The position numbers and the translations under genes were made by a program. The notes beneath the pieces were generated by a model. The model was not told where the DNA came from, ran no database searches, and worked only from the letters and a program-made list of their open reading frames with translations. Shown piece after piece: positions 60,920 through 64,000 of a DNA stretch of 64,000 bases. The DNA is from Acidobacteria bacterium 13_2_20CM_2_57_6 (GTDB lineage: Bacteria; Acidobacteriota; Terriglobia; Acidiferrales; UBA7541): positions 13,902 to 77,901 of the forward strand of contig MNEA01000113.1 of the NCBI GenBank assembly GCA_001917435.1, read 5' to 3'. The first letter of the stretch is position 1; the number at the start of each line of letters is the position of its first letter.

Positions 60920-60948
60920 TTAGAACGGCATATTGCCGCTTTCTTGCA
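60920..60948 (-). promoter_or_regulatory. Candidate ECF-sigma promoter, copy 2 (upstream of the anti-sigma gene)
   Basis: Minus strand reads TGCAAGAAA-gcggcaatatgc-CGTTCTAA; identical boxes and spacing to copy 1. Confidence 0.7.
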
Positions 60949-60968
60949 TTGGCTCCTACATTGGGCGC

Positions 60969-61964
60969 TCACGGCGTCCGCTTTCCGGCCGCTGGGCCTG
61001 GAGATCCTGTAGGCGGCAGCAATTTATCCAAATCGATGGGCGTTTCGCCCGCGCTATATTCGAAGCAGAGAGCGATCTCCGCATCGCTAAGGCCGGGTTG
61101 AACCACGGAACCGTTCGCCGCGCCAATGCCCTGGCGAAGAATGTCTTCGACGGCTTGGCGCAAATCGCGCCGCACGCGGTCGAGATGCCGCGAGACGCTG
61201 GATTCGTGCTCGCCCAGCAGGCGTCCAATCTCCGCGAGTGTTTTTTCTTCGGCGTAATAAAGGCGGAGCCTGTGCTTCTCGTGTGGCTCGAGGCCATCGA
61301 GTGCGGATTGCAAAGCGCGGGTGAACCAGGCTATGTACCGATCGTGGTGCGGATCGACCGGGGGCATCTGCGTTCTTAGCGGAGCTTTCGGCTGTCCGTC
61401 GCCGGATTCGTCCTCGGCAAGGTCCTCGAAGCGCCGGCCAGCGCGGATGGAGTCAATGTGCCGCTGCGCAAGAACAGCGCGGAGCCAGGTCTTCAATGAG
61501 CTGCGCCCGTGGAAGTAGCGGAAGAGCGAACGCTCCGAGCCCTCGCCGTCCGCCAAACCGTACAACTCCGTGAAGAGCGAATCCGCGAGATCGCGGGCTT
61601 CAGCGGAACCCGCGCTGCAGCGAAGAATCGCGGCTGACGCAGCGCGCAGGTAAGCGCGGTACGTGGCGAAAAAATGTTCCCAGGCGATTTCGCTGCCATC
61701 GGCGCAAGCGGTGGCCAGCGCAAGATCTTCGAGATGCAAAGCATTCAGATACTCCTGGAGTTTTTGCGGCGTTACCGTTCCCGGGGACAACGTCTTCTTA
61801 GCGCTGCGCTCGAGCACCGCGGCGAATCGTTCGCGCGAGATTTTCCAGCGGCCAGCCTGCGACTGGGCGTACAACCAGTCCAGCAGAGGCGCCTGGTCGT
61901 CGAACGGGTGAGAAAGATCCACGCACCCACTTTCACCGCCGCGTTTTGGGAGATCCTCAATCAT
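60969..61964 (-). CDS. Atypical ECF-type sigma-70 factor with N- and C-terminal extensions
   Basis: DLALATAC..G...AW..F, F.GRSSLKTWLR.......D..R (region 2) and L.LYY.E..TLAEIG.LLG.HESSVSR.L.R (region 4). Confidence 0.88.
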   Translation of the reverse strand: MIEDLPKRGGESGCVDLSHPFDDQAPLLDWLYAQSQAGRWKISRERFAAVLERSAKKTLSPGTVTPQKLQEYLNALHLEDLALATACADGSEIAWEHFFATYRAYLRAASAAILRCSAGSAEARDLADSLFTELYGLADGEGSERSLFRYFHGRSSLKTWLRAVLAQRHIDSIRAGRRFEDLAEDESGDGQPKAPLRTQMPPVDPHHDRYIAWFTRALQSALDGLEPHEKHRLRLYYAEEKTLAEIGRLLGEHESSVSRHLDRVRRDLRQAVEDILRQGIGAANGSVVQPGLSDAEIALCFEYSAGETPIDLDKLLPPTGSPGPAAGKRTP

Positions 61965-62358
61965 TTACCTGCCGGGCTAGAGAGGTAAAGCCCCGATAGA
62001 CCCGCACTCCGGCAAGGGGTACCTTTTGCATCCTAGAGCATAAGCCCGGCGGCTGGAAAGTGGTGTGCAAAACTGAAACAACCCAGGTTCGAATTGCGGT
62101 ATCCTAATGAGTGTTGCACCCCCAGACTCGCAACGGAAACTGTCTCGCCGGGTTGGAATTAAGGTGCGCTATGGTGCGCTCGCGGCAGCATTAGCGACTT
62201 CGCGACGCTAGTACGAAAGTCCTATTCGGACGCCCCCAGCCTCGTCAGTACTGTGGTACTGCTACAGCGCATTCTCTACTCTGCAAGCGGACTTGGGATC
62301 GCTTGAAACTCCAAGACATCCCACTTTGCAGACCGGAAATTCACGAGGCGGCACGCGG

Positions 62359-63525
62359 ATGACAACCATGCTTGCAGATCCACCACGTAAGACGACGATG
62401 GGCGTCGGTTTTGAGGCCAACCGCGGTCGCTCCGGCGATCCCCAGGCGTGGAAAAAGGCTATCGGCACCAGGCCAGTTCCGGCGCGCCTTGCGCTACTCC
62501 CTGATTCGAAACCGCGCTGGGACCGCATCGGCCTTAGCGCTGCCGGACAACTTGCGATCGTGGGCTTCCTGCTCATGATTCCCCTACTTTTCCCGGAACA
62601 GATGAGAACGGCATTGAATCTTCGCCCAACGGAATTGATGCAGCCGGTGACGTTAATCCCGGTGGCGCCACCGCCTCCACCACCACCCAAGGTGAAGGCC
62701 AAGGTTCCGGAACCAAAGCCTGCGCCGGAGCCGGTGAAGCTGAACCCAAAACAGACACATGTTTTTCTGGCGCCCAAGGCGGAACCGCCCAAGATAAAAA
62801 CGCTGGAAGCAAAACCCGTTGAGCTCAATCCTGTTTTCGAGCAGGTGAAAATCGAAGGGCCGAAGAACCAGCCAAAACGTCCGAAAGATGAAGTGAAAGT
62901 CGGCAATCTCGGATCAGGCAGCGCAGCTGTGCCAACGGTCGTGGCCCCGCTGAACAAAGTACAAACCGGCGGATTCGGCGATCCTAACGGTATCCCCGGC
63001 AAGGGCGATCCAAACAAAGCAACGAACGTCAATCGTCTCGGCTCGCCGGCGTTGCCGGGCGGACCGGGATACGGGAACGGCACCGGCGGCGATAAAGGAA
63101 TCCGCGGCACGGTGGCGAGCACGGGTTTCGGAAACGGCGTTGCGAATCCTCCGCCAAGCAGCCCCAAGCGCGGCACGCTGCAAACCACGGGGTTCGCGGA
63201 CCAGACGGTGGCAACCGAAACGCCCAAGAAGAAAGCAGCGGCCAGCGAAAGCCCCACGACGCCTGTTGACATCCTGGACAAACCGCGCCCGGAGTACACC
63301 GCGGAAGGGCGTAGTCTAAGGATTGAAGGCGACGTCGTTCTCGAGATGGTATTCCTGGCAAACGGCAGCATTCAGGTGAACCGGGTGGTAAGCGGTCTGG
63401 GCCATGGTCTCGATGAAGCGGCAACTCGCGCAGCGCAGCAGATTAAATTCAAGCCGGCCAAACGTGAAGGTCAGCCGGTGGATTATCCGGCGCGCGTGCG
63501 AATTGAATTCCGCCTGGCATACTGA
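62359..63525 (+). CDS. TonB family energy transducer
   Basis: TM helix, Pro/Lys-rich and Gly-rich linkers, and TonB_C domain (P.YT.E.R...IEG.V...GLDE.A..A.....FKPA...G.PV). Confidence 0.9.
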   Translation: MTTMLADPPRKTTMGVGFEANRGRSGDPQAWKKAIGTRPVPARLALLPDSKPRWDRIGLSAAGQLAIVGFLLMIPLLFPEQMRTALNLRPTELMQPVTLIPVAPPPPPPPKVKAKVPEPKPAPEPVKLNPKQTHVFLAPKAEPPKIKTLEAKPVELNPVFEQVKIEGPKNQPKRPKDEVKVGNLGSGSAAVPTVVAPLNKVQTGGFGDPNGIPGKGDPNKATNVNRLGSPALPGGPGYGNGTGGDKGIRGTVASTGFGNGVANPPPSSPKRGTLQTTGFADQTVATETPKKKAAASESPTTPVDILDKPRPEYTAEGRSLRIEGDVVLEMVFLANGSIQVNRVVSGLGHGLDEAATRAAQQIKFKPAKREGQPVDYPARVRIEFRLAY

Positions 63526-63538
63526 GGGGAGAGAGAAG

Positions 63539-64000
63539 ATGCGCAAGGCAGTGACATTTTTTTGCATTGTGATGTTGGGCGGTCTGGGCGCAGTTGCCGC
63601 GGCGGCGGCGCCAAAGCCGGCCGATCAGCCGCGGACCATGGATGAAGTCATCGACCGCGTGGTCACCAACGAAAACCGTGCCAACCAACAAATCAAACAG
63701 TATTCACCGCTGGTGGAGACGTACATCCAGAACCTAAGGCCCGACAAGGAACTTGGCTACGTCCCCGCCGGCGATAAATATTTTCTGGGGCGCGCTGACT
63801 TCTCCAAGGGCGTCGCATTGGTTTCCTTGTCGGACACTACCGGCAAGGGAAAGAAGATTTTCGGGTCCATCGGCAACTTCTTTTCTTTCGCGATGCAATT
63901 CCTGCCGGACGGCTTCCTGCAGATGATCTTCATCGACACCAATGGTTTTGATAAGCAGCACTATAAGTTCGATTACGTGCGCCGGGAATTTCTCGGCGAA
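63539..64000 (+). CDS. Secreted protein, 5' part only (runs off the window; not in the ORF track)
   Basis: ATG 63539 after a purine-rich RBS; MRKAVTFFCIVMLGGLGAVAAAA signal followed by YSPLVETYIQN..; the frame stays open to the window end. Confidence 0.75.
   Translation, partial: MRKAVTFFCIVMLGGLGAVAAAAAPKPADQPRTMDEVIDRVVTNENRANQQIKQYSPLVETYIQNLRPDKELGYVPAGDKYFLGRADFSKGVALVSLSDTTGKGKKIFGSIGNFFSFAMQFLPDGFLQMIFIDTNGFDKQHYKFDYVRREFLGE

Noticed and set aside
62066-62093. Weak third match to the ECF motif (TGCAAAAC...GGTTCGAA) facing tonB
   Set aside because: Several mismatches and the spacing is off by one.
1-64000. CRISPR arrays, insertion sequences, integrases, prophage or defence genes
   Set aside because: I saw no regularly spaced repeats or matching ORFs.

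Overview
GC-rich bacterial chromosomal window, most likely from Acidobacteriota (inferred from the PadR + ADOP permease pair and the gene repertoire; not verified by search). I found no rRNA, complete tRNA, CRISPR array, transposase or phage gene. Layout: (1-17.2 kb) a dispersed nucleotide-sugar/cell-surface gene set (broken WecA/MraY-like transferase, FAD reductase, ugd, UDP-GlcA decarboxylase, CpsB-type phosphatase, WbpA-like dehydrogenase, gmhA, epimerase), interleaved with a CadC-like regulator, two half-size TauE genes and a PadR-ADOP module; (17-28 kb) two large secreted beta-propeller proteins, lptD and an amidase; (28-31 kb) a three-gene lipid head-group operon with a candidate sigma54/IHF promoter; (31-36 kb) CcdA, TlpA and a free DsbD-alpha domain, plus carbonic anhydrase, GH172 and cyaY; then gltX; (38-45 kb) an export cluster with three adaptor proteins, one MacB-type permease, TolC and no ATPase; a GAF-GGDEF-HD-GYP protein; osmC-family gene, fabH, yitJ-like and cbs genes; (57.9-62 kb) an atypical ECF sigma / zinc anti-sigma / DUF4139 module; and TonB. 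The strongest new signal is an identical bipartite motif, TGCAAGAAA-N12-CGTTCTAA, upstream of both the anti-sigma and DUF4139 genes. It is a candidate cognate promoter that would define this sigma factor's local regulon. Family assignments come from motifs recognised by eye, not from database searches.
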